Source: a virus
Lineage: Duplodnaviria; Caudoviricetes
Direction: 5' to 3' (one strand)
Virus record (IMG/VR): IMGVR_UViG_3300044641_010325
Span: 1-54,523 of that record
Length of the DNA: 54,523 bases
Below the pieces are notes generated by a model. The model searched no databases. It was not told the DNA's origin and worked only from the letters and a program-made list of their open reading frames with translations. Both the position numbers and the translations under genes were made by a program. Shown here piece by piece: positions 19,525-28,998 of the stretch (positions are counted from its first letter, which is position 1; the number at the start of each line of letters is the position of its first letter).

Positions 19525-20515
19525 CCCCGCGTTCTCGATGGCCGCGCTCACCGCCGCCATCAACCTGATCCCCAACCGCTATGGGCGCCTGCAGGAACTG
19601 GACCTGTTTCCGGAGAAGCCGGTGCGCCAGAACCAGATCCTGGTCGAGGAGCGGGCCGGTGTCCTGACCTTGCTGCCCACCAAGCCGCTCGGCGCACCGG
19701 GCACGCTGGCGGCGCGCAGCAAGCGCCGCATGCGCTCGTTCGTCGTGCCGCACATCCCGCACGACGATGTCGTGCTGCCCAACGAAGTGCAGGGGCTGCG
19801 CGCCTTCGGCTCGGAGACCGAACTCGAATCGATCGCGAGCGTGGTCGCCGAAAAGCTCGAGACCATGCGCAACAAGCACGCGATCACGCTCGAGCACCTG
19901 CGCATGGGCGCACTCAAGGGCCTGATCCTCGATTCGGACGGCAGCGTGCTCTACGACCTGTTCGAGGAGTTCCGGATCGCGCAGCAGTCGGTGGCGTTCC
20001 AGATCGACAACCCGAACAACGGCACCGACGTCAAACAGAAGTGCATCGAGACGCTCGCGCTGATCGAGGAAGGGCTGCTCGGCGAGTTCATGACCAGCGC
20101 GCGCGTGCTGTGCTCGCAGGAGTTCTTCGCCGCACTGACCTCGCACAAGGACGTGAAAACGGCCTATGCGCAGTGGCAGCAGGGCGCGGTGCTGATCAAC
20201 GACGTGCGCAAGGGCTTCAGCTTCGGTGGTCTGGTGTTCGAGGAATACCGCGGCAAGGCCTCGGACCTCGACGGCAACGTGCGCCGCTTCATCGCCCCGG
20301 GCGAGGCGCACGCCTTCCCGATCGGCACCATCAACAGCTTCGCAACCTACAACGCCCCGGCGGACTTCAACGAGACCGTCAACACGCTCGGTCAGCCGGT
20401 CTACGCCAAGCAGGAGCCGCGCAAGTTCGAGCGCGGGACCGACATGCATACCCAATCGAACCCGCTGCCGCTGTGTCTGCGCCCCAGCGTGCTGGTCAAG
20501 CTCTCGATCAACTGA
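19505..20515 (+). CDS. Major capsid protein, lambda gpE family
   Basis: LTAAINLIPNRYG, TLEHLRMGALKG, QSNPLPLCLRP. Confidence 0.9.
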   Translation: MLNPFNNPAFSMAALTAAINLIPNRYGRLQELDLFPEKPVRQNQILVEERAGVLTLLPTKPLGAPGTLAARSKRRMRSFVVPHIPHDDVVLPNEVQGLRAFGSETELESIASVVAEKLETMRNKHAITLEHLRMGALKGLILDSDGSVLYDLFEEFRIAQQSVAFQIDNPNNGTDVKQKCIETLALIEEGLLGEFMTSARVLCSQEFFAALTSHKDVKTAYAQWQQGAVLINDVRKGFSFGGLVFEEYRGKASDLDGNVRRFIAPGEAHAFPIGTINSFATYNAPADFNETVNTLGQPVYAKQEPRKFERGTDMHTQSNPLPLCLRPSVLVKLSIN

Positions 20516-20524
20516 GGCACGACG

Positions 20525-21049
20525 ATGACCGACACCGAAATGCCGGCAGCATCGCTGCCGGCACAGGAGCGCTTTGTCCGCGCGATCGACCGCGTGCTGA
20601 TCCACGAGGGTGGGGATGCCGACGACCCGCGCGATGCCGGCGGGCGCACGCGCTGGGGCATCAGCCAGCGCACCTATCCGACCCTCGACATCCGCCGGCT
20701 CACGCGGGCGGAGGCGATCGCACTGTACCGGCGGGACTTCTGGACGCCGCTGAAGGGCGATGCGTTGCCGCCCGCGCTCGCGTTCCAGGCGCTCGACGCC
20801 GCCGTGAACCACGGCGTCGGTCGCACGGTGCGTTGGCTGCAGCGGCTGGCGGGCGTGCGGATCGATGGGCAACTCGGGCCGGTGACGCTGGCGGCCCTGC
20901 GCTCGGCCGACGAGGCCTCGCTGATCGAGCGGCTACTGGCGCTGCGGCTCGACCTGTATGCCGAACACGACCGCTTCGCCGCGTTCGGTCGCGGCTGGAC
21001 GCGGCGGATCGCCGAGAACCTGCGCTACGCCGCGCGGGATCTGGCGTGA
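20525..21049 (+). CDS. Glycoside hydrolase family 108 endolysin with peptidoglycan-binding domain
   Basis: HEGG...DPRDAGGRTRWGIS, DAAVNHG, LQRLAGVRIDGQLGPVTL, FGRGWTRR. Confidence 0.9.
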   Translation: MTDTEMPAASLPAQERFVRAIDRVLIHEGGDADDPRDAGGRTRWGISQRTYPTLDIRRLTRAEAIALYRRDFWTPLKGDALPPALAFQALDAAVNHGVGRTVRWLQRLAGVRIDGQLGPVTLAALRSADEASLIERLLALRLDLYAEHDRFAAFGRGWTRRIAENLRYAARDLA

Positions 21050-21351
21050 GCGCGCCGCTCGATCCGGCCTTCGAGGCCGCCCACGACGCGCTGTTCGCGG
21101 TGTTCGGCGAGCCGGCCATCGTGCGCCGGGGCCGCAGGCCACCGGTGGCCGTGCGTGTGGTGATCACCTACAACGTGGCCGAGTTGGGCGACTACAGCCA
21201 GGGCTTCACCCGCGTCACCACCGTGAAGTTCCGCAAGACCGAGTGGACGCCGCGTGCGGGGGATGTGTTGCACGTGCCCGGCGGCCGGTTCCGGATCGAG
21301 CGCATCGTCGTCGACGACGGCTTCGTGACCGAAACGGTGCTGCATGGGTGA
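21046..21351 (+). CDS. Head-tail joining/closure protein
   Basis: GTG 21046 overlaps the endolysin stop; 101 aa beta-rich (PRAGDVL...FRIERIVVDDG); position. Confidence 0.65.
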   Translation: MSAPLDPAFEAAHDALFAVFGEPAIVRRGRRPPVAVRVVITYNVAELGDYSQGFTRVTTVKFRKTEWTPRAGDVLHVPGGRFRIERIVVDDGFVTETVLHG

Positions 21352-21784
21352 GACGCCGATCCCGTGGGCGATTCTGGAGCTGGTGCAGACGCGATTGCGC
21401 ACCGTGCGTCGAGCGAACGACTACCGCACCGACGCCGGCCGCGACGTGCGTCTGGAGCCGGGGGCATTCGACCCGAGCGATGCGCCGCGCCTGACGCTGT
21501 ATCCGCTGACGAGCGTGTTTCCTGACGACGCGCGCAGTGCCGGCGAACGTGGGTTCACCTTCGTCGTCGAGGCGCTGGTGCCGGTGAAACTCGACAACGC
21601 GCAGCAGCGCATCGTCGAGACCATCGCCGACATCGAGGATGCGCTGGATGGCTACGCGCAGGCACCGCTGGCATTGCCGCTGCAGTTCCAGGAATCGGTG
21701 CTGCTCGACCGGCCGGATGGCCTAGCCGCGATGGCGGGGCAGGTGCTGTTCGGAACGCGCTACAGACGGGTAGGGCGCCTGTGA
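21344..21784 (+). CDS. Tail terminator/completion-like protein
   Basis: RLRTVRRANDYRTDAG; size and position in the neck region. Confidence 0.6.
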   Translation: MGETPIPWAILELVQTRLRTVRRANDYRTDAGRDVRLEPGAFDPSDAPRLTLYPLTSVFPDDARSAGERGFTFVVEALVPVKLDNAQQRIVETIADIEDALDGYAQAPLALPLQFQESVLLDRPDGLAAMAGQVLFGTRYRRVGRL

Positions 21785-21795
21785 TGCCGGTGGGC

Positions 21796-22092
21796 TCAGG
21801 GCTGTGCCGGCGGCCACATCCGCGCAACGTGAACCAGGGCCAGCACCCAGATGATCTGCGCGGTCTCGTCGACCTCATACACGAGCCGGTAGTTTTCGTG
21901 CGGTATCAGCTCGCGTGTGCCCGGCACGAGGCCGGCGCGGCCCATCATCGGAAATCGCGCCAGCGTCGCTGCGGCCTCGCCGAAGCGTTCATCCAGCGCC
22001 AGCGCCGCCATCGGCGCGTCTTCGCACACGGTCTCGAAGATGGCGAGGCGATCCTGACGGGCGGCGTCGCTCCAGCGGACCTTCACGCTCAA
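21796..22092 (-). CDS. Type II toxin, RelE/ParE family
   Basis: VRWSDAARQDR...FPMMGRAGLVPGTRELIPHENYRLVYEV...LVHVAR. Confidence 0.9.
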   Translation of the reverse strand: MSVKVRWSDAARQDRLAIFETVCEDAPMAALALDERFGEAAATLARFPMMGRAGLVPGTRELIPHENYRLVYEVDETAQIIWVLALVHVARMWPPAQP

Positions 22093-22373
22093 GCGCCGGC
22101 CTGGCGCCGCACGGCGTCGCGGCGCGCCGCGAACTCAGCCTCGACGGTCTCGTCCGAGGCATGCCGACCTTCGGCGATCTGCGCGCGGGCGCGTTCGACC
22201 TTGTCCTGCACGAAGGCCTCGTATGCCTGGCGTTGCTGCCGGCTGCGGACGTACTCGCGCATGAGTTCGCGCACGACCTGGGAGGCCGGTCGGTGCTCGG
22301 CTTCGGTCGCCGCCATGAAGGCATCGCGCAGTTCCGCTTCGAGCTTCAACGTGAACACGGTGGCTTTGGTCAT
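22089..22373 (-). CDS. Cognate antitoxin (ribbon-helix-helix type)
   Basis: VFTLKLEAELRDAFMAA...RPASQVVRELMREYV; overlaps the toxin start; GGAG RBS. Confidence 0.85.
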   Translation of the reverse strand: MTKATVFTLKLEAELRDAFMAATEAEHRPASQVVRELMREYVRSRQQRQAYEAFVQDKVERARAQIAEGRHASDETVEAEFAARRDAVRRQAGA

Positions 22374-22430
22374 GGCCAAGGCTCCAGAAAGGTACTAACG
22401 TCGTATGCACAATAGCATGACGGGACGGCC

Positions 22431-23060
22431 GTGAGTACCGGCCGCCCCCAGTCCGGCGGCGCGTTCGCGCTGCACGCCGATCTCGACGGCCTGCTGTCCG
22501 CCTCCCGCAATCTGAGCGTGCTGGCGTCGCGCCTGCCGACCCTGCACACGCGCGCGATCGGCACCTTGTCCCGCCGTCTGCCGGTCCAGGCCCGCCGCGA
22601 TATCCAGGCCGAGTACCAGATCGGCGCAAGGCGCATCACGCAAGACCTGTCATCGCGCGTCACCGACGAGGGCGTGCGCCTGGTCGGCCGCTTCCGCGGC
22701 ATCGGCCTGCGCAACTTCGCCGCCCGTCAGACGGTGCGCGGCGTCACCGCAGCAGTCCTCCGCGGCAAACGCAGCCTGCGCGAACACGCCTTCCTTGGCG
22801 TGGGCGTGAACCGCAACGCGCAGGTGTTCCGCCGCGAAGGCTCCAAGCGCCCGATGCAGCAGGGCCGCTACGCCGGCAAGCAGCGTCAGCCTGTGGTCGC
22901 TGAGTACGGCGCCACCGCCGCGCAAATGCTCGCCAAAGGCCGTCGCCCCGAACGCCTCGTCGACTACGCCCGCGGTGTGCTCGCCACCGAGTCCGAACGT
23001 CTCCTGCGGCTCGCCGCCGGGACGTCCGCCCCTGTTTCCCCCAACACGCCACGCACATGA
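22431..23060 (+). CDS. Minor tail protein (gpZ-like)
   Basis: Basic 209-aa protein in the neck/tail region. Confidence 0.55.
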   Translation: MSTGRPQSGGAFALHADLDGLLSASRNLSVLASRLPTLHTRAIGTLSRRLPVQARRDIQAEYQIGARRITQDLSSRVTDEGVRLVGRFRGIGLRNFAARQTVRGVTAAVLRGKRSLREHAFLGVGVNRNAQVFRREGSKRPMQQGRYAGKQRQPVVAEYGATAAQMLAKGRRPERLVDYARGVLATESERLLRLAAGTSAPVSPNTPRT

Positions 23061-23368
23061 AAACCATCCGCCTGTACCACCCGCACACCCACGAAGGCAT
23101 CGCCTACGACCCGCCGCCGGAAGGCATCGAACTCAGCGTCAACGACGCCGATGCCGCCGTGCTCGAGGCGTGGGGCCTGACCACGCCGCCGCCCGCGCTC
23201 GCCGATGCATCGACCACAGCACCCGCCGCGGATGCGCCTGTCGCCGACGCGTCCCTCGCCGACATGGTGACCGACGCGGTCCCGTCGCGCCACGACCGCC
23301 GCGCCCGCGTCGCGGTCGATCTTTCCTCCACCGAACCGGCCGCCGACACGACGGCCAGGAGCGCGTAA
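23057..23368 (+). CDS. Small phage hypothetical protein
   Basis: Translationally coupled on both sides; IRLYHPHTHEGIAY. Confidence 0.6.
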   Translation: MKTIRLYHPHTHEGIAYDPPPEGIELSVNDADAAVLEAWGLTTPPPALADASTTAPAADAPVADASLADMVTDAVPSRHDRRARVAVDLSSTEPAADTTARSA

Positions 23369-24123
23369 TGCAGGACTTTTCGTTCCAGGGAAAACTCTAT
23401 CTGGGCACCCGCCTGCCCGGCGGCCGGCCCGGCGCGCTGCGCTGGGTCGGTGATGCCCCCAAGTGCGACCTGACCCTCAAGACGGAGACCGAGACGCGCA
23501 AGGAATCGTACTCGGGCAATCGCCTGACCTCGGCCGTGTTGCAGAAGGGCAAGGAGGCCGAACTCACCGTCGCGATCAATTGGGCCGACATCGACAACCT
23601 GCTGCTCGGCCTGTACGCGAGTAAGGCGACGATCGCCGCGGGCACGGTGACGGGCGAGGCGTTTCCGGCGGGGCTCGCCGCGAACGATGTGATCGCGCTC
23701 GATCACACCACGATCAGCCAGTTCGTGTTGACCGACGGCAACGCCGCGCCAGCGACGCTGGTGGCCAACACCCACTACCGGATCGAGAGCGTCCGCGCGG
23801 GCCTGATCAAGCTGCTGAACCTCGCGGCCTTCACCCAGCCGCTGCGCGCGGCCTACCGCTATGGCGCACGCACCAGCGTGGCGATGCTCACCACGTCGGC
23901 GCCCGAACGCTTCCTGTATCTGGACGGCACCAACTCGATCGACAACGCGCCGGTGCAGGTGCGCCTGTACCGCGTGCAGTTCAATCCGGTGAGCAACCTC
24001 GGCCTGATCCACGAGTCGTTCGGCCAGTTCGAGCTGAGCGCGTCGGTGCTGTTCGATGCCGAAGCGGCGGCCGACCCGTTGCTCGGCGGTTTCGGGCGGC
24101 TCGATCTGCCGGAGGTCGTCTGA
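23368..24123 (+). CDS. Major tail tube protein
   Basis: ATG 23368 with AGGAG RBS; FSFQGKLYLG, KESYSGNR, VRLYRVQFNP; precedes chaperone and tape measure. Confidence 0.8.
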   Translation: MQDFSFQGKLYLGTRLPGGRPGALRWVGDAPKCDLTLKTETETRKESYSGNRLTSAVLQKGKEAELTVAINWADIDNLLLGLYASKATIAAGTVTGEAFPAGLAANDVIALDHTTISQFVLTDGNAAPATLVANTHYRIESVRAGLIKLLNLAAFTQPLRAAYRYGARTSVAMLTTSAPERFLYLDGTNSIDNAPVQVRLYRVQFNPVSNLGLIHESFGQFELSASVLFDAEAAADPLLGGFGRLDLPEVV

Positions 24124-24668
24124 TGGCCACCAAACTTCCCGCCTCATCGCCGTCCGCGTCCGAGGCGGCGAGCGCCACCGATGAACTCGCCGTCCTGCAC
24201 CCCGATCGCACGCTCGTCATCGGCGGTCGCACGATTGTCCTGCGCGAGTACGGTTTCTTCGAGGGCCTGGACGTCGCCGATCGCGCGGCCGGCTTCATCG
24301 CCGACCTCGTCGACGCCAGCGACGACGGCGCGCTGCGGTACGCGCACGTGCGCCGGCTGTTCGGTCGCCACCGCGCGGTGATCCCGGAGATCGCGGCGCA
24401 GGCGGGCGATGTCGAGGCCGCCTGGCTCGAAGCGCTGCCGCCGGACGACCTGGAACTGTACCTCGCGACCTGGTTCGCGGTGAACGCCGCTTTTTTCGTG
24501 CGCGAGGTGCTGGCAGAACTACGCGAGGAACACCTGCGCGAGGCACAGCTGCGCGCGGCGCAGGATCTCGCGGCCGGCGCCTCGGCTGGAGCGATCTCTT
24601 CGCCCAACTCGCCGCCGCCGGACACGGCACGCCCGATCAGCTCGGACGACGCACCGAGCGCCAGTTGA
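24123..24668 (+). CDS. Tail assembly chaperone (gpG-like)
   Basis: Between tail tube and tape measure; REYGFFEGL...WFAVNAAFFVR. Confidence 0.75.
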   Translation: MATKLPASSPSASEAASATDELAVLHPDRTLVIGGRTIVLREYGFFEGLDVADRAAGFIADLVDASDDGALRYAHVRRLFGRHRAVIPEIAAQAGDVEAAWLEALPPDDLELYLATWFAVNAAFFVREVLAELREEHLREAQLRAAQDLAAGASAGAISSPNSPPPDTARPISSDDAPSAS

Positions 24669-24799
24669 TCGCCGCGTTCGAGGCGCTGGAGCGCGCCGAT
24701 CGCCACCGTCGCGCGGACTTCATCGAGGACGTGGCCACCGCCGTATGGGGCGGGGAGGCTGCCGAGGCGCGCGTGAAGTCCCTGCGCGGCGGGCTGTGA
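24123..24799 (+). CDS. Tail assembly chaperone gpGT-like -1 frameshift product
   Basis: Slippery T TTT TTC at 24491-24497; the -1 frame is open to TGA 24797-24799 and encodes WSDLFAQLAAAGHG...TERQL. Confidence 0.7.
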
Positions 24800-24823
24800 T
24801 CCAAGTGCTGTGAATCGATCCCG

Positions 24824-27800
24824 ATGAATCAGGATTTCGTCCTCAATCTCAAGGTTCGCGGCGATTCCGCGCAGGCCGAGACCAGTCTCGGCCGGTTGCA
24901 GACTGCGCTCGTGCAGGTCGACCGTGCGCTGGGCCAGGTGCGCGCGGCCGGTCGGGAGGTGACCGTCGATGCGCAGGCCGCGCCCGCGCTCGCGGCGCAG
25001 CGCGCGATCACCGCCGAGGTCGAGCGACGCACGCGCCTGGAAGCCGATGCCGCGGCCCGCAACGCCGCCGCCTTGCGCCAGCAGGCGGTCGAGCAGGCGC
25101 GCATCGCCGAACGTCGCGCCGCGTCCACCGCGGTGTTCTCTGCAGCAACGCCGGAGCAGCTGCGCACGCCGGCCGACCGCACCGCGGCCCTCGGGCAGGC
25201 GCAGGCCCTGCAGCGCGACGCCGCGCTGCGGATGCTGGAGATCAACCGCCGCGCCGACGCGCTGGAAGCGCGGCTGGCAACGACGCGTACCGGGCTCGCC
25301 ACCGCGACCGTCACCGCCGCGCGGGCGACCGATGTCGGTCGCCGCGCGGTGGACCAGTACGGAATCTCGGTCGGCCAGACCCGGCAGGCGATGCGCCAGC
25401 TGCCGGCGCAGATCACGGACATCTTCACCTCGCTGGCCGGCGGTCAGAAGCCGTGGCTGGTCGCGATCCAGCAGGGCGGCCAGCTGAAGGATTCCTTCGG
25501 CGGCATCGTCCCCGCCGCACGTGCTCTGCTGGGGGCGCTCTCGCCGATGGTGATCGGCCTGGGCCTGACCGCTGCCGCGATCGGCGCGGTCGCCGTCGCG
25601 GCGGTGTCCGGCTACCGCGAGACGCAGGCCTACGAACGTGCGCTGATCGCCAGCGGCAACGCCGCCGCGACCACGGCCGGGCAACTGCGGGTGGTGAAGG
25701 ACAGCGTCGGCGGCGCGACCGGCGAGTACGGCAATGCCGAAGCCGCGCTGACCGCACTGGCCGCCGCAGGCTCTGTCGCGGGCGACACGCTCGAGGCGGC
25801 TGCGAGCGCCGCGGTCAATCTGTCGGAACTCACCGGCGCGTCGATCGAGGACACGACGCAGAAGGTGATTGCGCTGGCGCGCGCACCGTCCGCGCAACTG
25901 CTCGAACTCAATCAGCAGTACCGTTTCCTCTCCGTCGAGGTGTACCAGCATGTGCGCGCGCTCGAAGCGCAGGGTCGCGCGCAGGACGCCGCTCGTCTCG
26001 CGATCGAGACGTTCGCGCGGGTCCACGAGCAGCGCGTGCAGGACGCCTACGCGCGCGCCGGTTCGCTCGAGCGCGCGTGGATCGCGCTCGGCAAGGTCAT
26101 CAGCGGGGTCTGGCAGACGATCCGCAACATCGGTCGCGATGATCTCGCGTTCCGGCTGTCGAAGACCACCGACGAGCTGAACCGGATCGGCAACGAGTGG
26201 CGAGAACTCGGCGGCCTGAACTCGCTCGATGCGGTGCTGGCCAGCGCCGATGTCGATGCCGACACGAAGCAGCGCATTCGCGCGCTACGGCAGGAGCAGG
26301 CGACCCTGCAGCGCGAGGCCAATGCCGAACAGGCGAAGGCCGACGCGCAGGCGGCGACGCAGGCCAGGCAGACCAACGCGATCAACGCCCTAGGTCGCGC
26401 GCAGGCGGCGCTCGGTCAGGACCGTGCGGTCGCCAAGGCGCAGCAACTGCGCGAGCTTGAACGCGATATCGCGGCGCTGCGTGCGGGCGGTGTGACGCAG
26501 GTCGAGGGCGTCTCGCTCGCGGCTTTCGAGAAGACCCGTCGCGCGCAGATCGACGCGCAGTTCCAGGCGCCGAAGGGACCGCGCGTCCCGAAGCCCAAGG
26601 CGACCGACGCCGATCGCGCCCGCGAGTCCGCCGAGCGCGAACTGGAGTCCTTGCGCCGCGAGATCGCTCTACTGGCCGAAGTCGAGGTGGGGCAGACGCG
26701 CGCGGGCGAGGCTGCGCGTGTGCGCTACGAGACGACACAGGGCGCGCTCAAATCCCTTGCGCCGGCCCTGAAGGCGCAACTCCTCCAGGAAGCTGAAGCC
26801 CTCGACAAGGCCCGCGCCGCCGCCGAGGCCGAACGCGAACGCAAGGCCGAACTCGAGAAGACCACGCGCGCCTACGAGACGCTGCGCGCCAGTCTGCGCA
26901 CGCCGGCCGAAGTCGCGCTGGAAGAGGCGCGGGCGCAGGTGACGCTGCTGAACGATGCGCTGCAAGAGGGGATCGCGACCAAGGCCGCGTTCGACGCGGC
27001 GATGGCGCGCGTGGCGCAGACGAGTTTCCGTAAGCCCGATGCGGCGCTCGACCGCGTCCCCGGCGCGACACCGGATCTCGGGCAGACCGGCAGCGATCTC
27101 GCGCAGATCGAACAGTCGCGTACGCGGCTCGAAGCCTGGCACGCCGAACAGCTTGCGCTGCTCGCGCAGTTCCGTTCGCAGCGCGCCGATCTGAACGCGC
27201 AGTGGGATGCGCAGGAAGAGACGATCGAGCGCCAGCACCAGGCGGCGCTCGCGCAACTGCAATCGGCGCAGACGCAGGTGCTGCTCGCCGGTGCCTCCGC
27301 GACCTTCGGCCAGCTCGCCGACATCGCCAAATCCTTCGGCGGCGAGCAGAGCGCGACCTACCGCGCCCTGTTCGCGCTGTCGAAGGCGTTCGCCATCGCG
27401 CAGGCGGCGCTCGCGCTCGCCAACAATGTGGCCGAAGCGAGCAAGGTCGGTTTTCCGCAGAACATCCCCTTCATCGCGGGCGCCATCGCCCAGGGCGCGA
27501 CCATCGCCGGACTGATCGCGCAGGCCACCTTCAACGGCGGGGGCGGCTATGCGGGCGGCGGCCATGTGCGCGGGCCGGGTACGGCAACCAGCGACAGCAT
27601 CCCGGCGTGGCTGTCGGACTTCGAGTTCGTCACCCGCGCCGCCGTCGTGCGCCAGCCCGGGGCGTTGCCTTTCCTCGAAGACTTCAACCGTCGCGGCATG
27701 CCTGCGCTGGAGGCCTGGCACGCGCGCCGCTTCGCGGGCGCCACGCCGCCGGCCGTATGGCTGCCGCGTCCGCCGCGCATGCACTTCGCCGAAGGCGGCC

Positions 27801-27973
27801 TCGCGCGGGCAGCCTCGGGTCTGAACCCGCAACTCAATCTGCGCCTGATCAATGCGATCAACACCGATGCGCTCGCCGAGTCGATGGCGCAGAGCCGGGG
27901 GCTGGAGCAGACCATTCTCAACGTGATCGACCGCAACGGCAGTTTCCTGCGCCAGCGGATCGGAGGCGCCTGA
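24824..27973 (+). CDS. Tail tape measure protein
   Basis: 1049 aa, Ala-rich helical; MRQLPAQITDIFTSL...QQGGQLKDSFGG; C-terminal GPGTATSDSIPAWLS. Confidence 0.92.
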   Translation: MNQDFVLNLKVRGDSAQAETSLGRLQTALVQVDRALGQVRAAGREVTVDAQAAPALAAQRAITAEVERRTRLEADAAARNAAALRQQAVEQARIAERRAASTAVFSAATPEQLRTPADRTAALGQAQALQRDAALRMLEINRRADALEARLATTRTGLATATVTAARATDVGRRAVDQYGISVGQTRQAMRQLPAQITDIFTSLAGGQKPWLVAIQQGGQLKDSFGGIVPAARALLGALSPMVIGLGLTAAAIGAVAVAAVSGYRETQAYERALIASGNAAATTAGQLRVVKDSVGGATGEYGNAEAALTALAAAGSVAGDTLEAAASAAVNLSELTGASIEDTTQKVIALARAPSAQLLELNQQYRFLSVEVYQHVRALEAQGRAQDAARLAIETFARVHEQRVQDAYARAGSLERAWIALGKVISGVWQTIRNIGRDDLAFRLSKTTDELNRIGNEWRELGGLNSLDAVLASADVDADTKQRIRALRQEQATLQREANAEQAKADAQAATQARQTNAINALGRAQAALGQDRAVAKAQQLRELERDIAALRAGGVTQVEGVSLAAFEKTRRAQIDAQFQAPKGPRVPKPKATDADRARESAERELESLRREIALLAEVEVGQTRAGEAARVRYETTQGALKSLAPALKAQLLQEAEALDKARAAAEAERERKAELEKTTRAYETLRASLRTPAEVALEEARAQVTLLNDALQEGIATKAAFDAAMARVAQTSFRKPDAALDRVPGATPDLGQTGSDLAQIEQSRTRLEAWHAEQLALLAQFRSQRADLNAQWDAQEETIERQHQAALAQLQSAQTQVLLAGASATFGQLADIAKSFGGEQSATYRALFALSKAFAIAQAALALANNVAEASKVGFPQNIPFIAGAIAQGATIAGLIAQATFNGGGGYAGGGHVRGPGTATSDSIPAWLSDFEFVTRAAVVRQPGALPFLEDFNRRGMPALEAWHARRFAGATPPAVWLPRPPRMHFAEGGLARAASGLNPQLNLRLINAINTDALAESMAQSRGLEQTILNVIDRNGSFLRQRIGGA

Positions 27974-28998
27974 TGGCCTACGCCATCGACACCGTGGTCA
28001 AGGGCGCAGGCCCGGACGCCCATCTGCAATTGCTCGATGTCCTGCGCGCGCTGGCAGAAAACGCCGGCTGGACGACGTTGCGCTTCGACACGTCGATCCC
28101 TGAGCGCGAACTGATCCTGCGCTCGACCGGCACTACGGGCGAGGAGGGGATCACGGTCGGTTTCAAGGCCTATCAGAACGTCGCCGCCGATTACTACAAC
28201 CTGCTCGCCGCGACGATGGTGGGCTATGTGCCGGCTGCACCGTTCGAGGCGCAACCCGGCATCAAGACCAGCGGCGTGCCTGGTCACAACCAGGCGGTGA
28301 CGTACTTCCTGACCGCCAATCCGCGCCGGATCGTCGGCGCCCTCAAGGTGGGCTCGCCGATCTACGCACACGTCTACGTCGGCAAGGCGCTTGCGTACGC
28401 GCGGCCGAAGGAATTTCCCTCGCCGCTGGTCGTCGCCGGGCACTTCGACGGCCGCGACGCACGCCGCTACAGCGACCTGCACTGGTTCCCCTACAAGGGC
28501 CGCAAGGGGAGCAGCGACAGCGGCTACACCGACGGGTTCCTGTTCCTGCGCGATGCCGGCGGCACCTGGAAGAAGGTGCAGATCTCGCCCTTCGGCAACG
28601 GCCAGGCGAGCGAGACCACCTATGCCGGGCTGGCCGGCGAGTACGTCGGTCGCAATGGCAGCGGCTACCGCTGTCTGGTGCCGGCCGGCACCTTGCACCA
28701 GCCGCAGCCGCTGGAACTGTACGAGATGAGCTTCGGCACCTACGACAACGACGTGCGCGGCTACAGCAGCAGCGGCAATCTCTACGGCGTCCTCGACGGC
28801 GTGAGCTTCGTCTCCGGCTTCAACAATGCCTCGGAGAACGTGCTGCAGCTCGAAGGCAGCGCGGTCGTCGATCAAACCGGGATGAGCGTGCGCCAGGCGG
28901 TCGATGCGATCCGGGCCGTGAATGGTCGTGCGTTCGTGGTGCTGCAGGACGGCGCGCGCACGACCTGGCGCGACTACGTCGCGGTGGAGATGAACTGA
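27973..28998 (+). CDS. Virion structural (tail tip region) protein
   Basis: ATG 27973 coupled to the tape-measure stop; 341 aa; YGVLDGVSFVSGFNNASEN. Confidence 0.7.
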   Translation: MAYAIDTVVKGAGPDAHLQLLDVLRALAENAGWTTLRFDTSIPERELILRSTGTTGEEGITVGFKAYQNVAADYYNLLAATMVGYVPAAPFEAQPGIKTSGVPGHNQAVTYFLTANPRRIVGALKVGSPIYAHVYVGKALAYARPKEFPSPLVVAGHFDGRDARRYSDLHWFPYKGRKGSSDSGYTDGFLFLRDAGGTWKKVQISPFGNGQASETTYAGLAGEYVGRNGSGYRCLVPAGTLHQPQPLELYEMSFGTYDNDVRGYSSSGNLYGVLDGVSFVSGFNNASENVLQLEGSAVVDQTGMSVRQAVDAIRAVNGRAFVVLQDGARTTWRDYVAVEMN

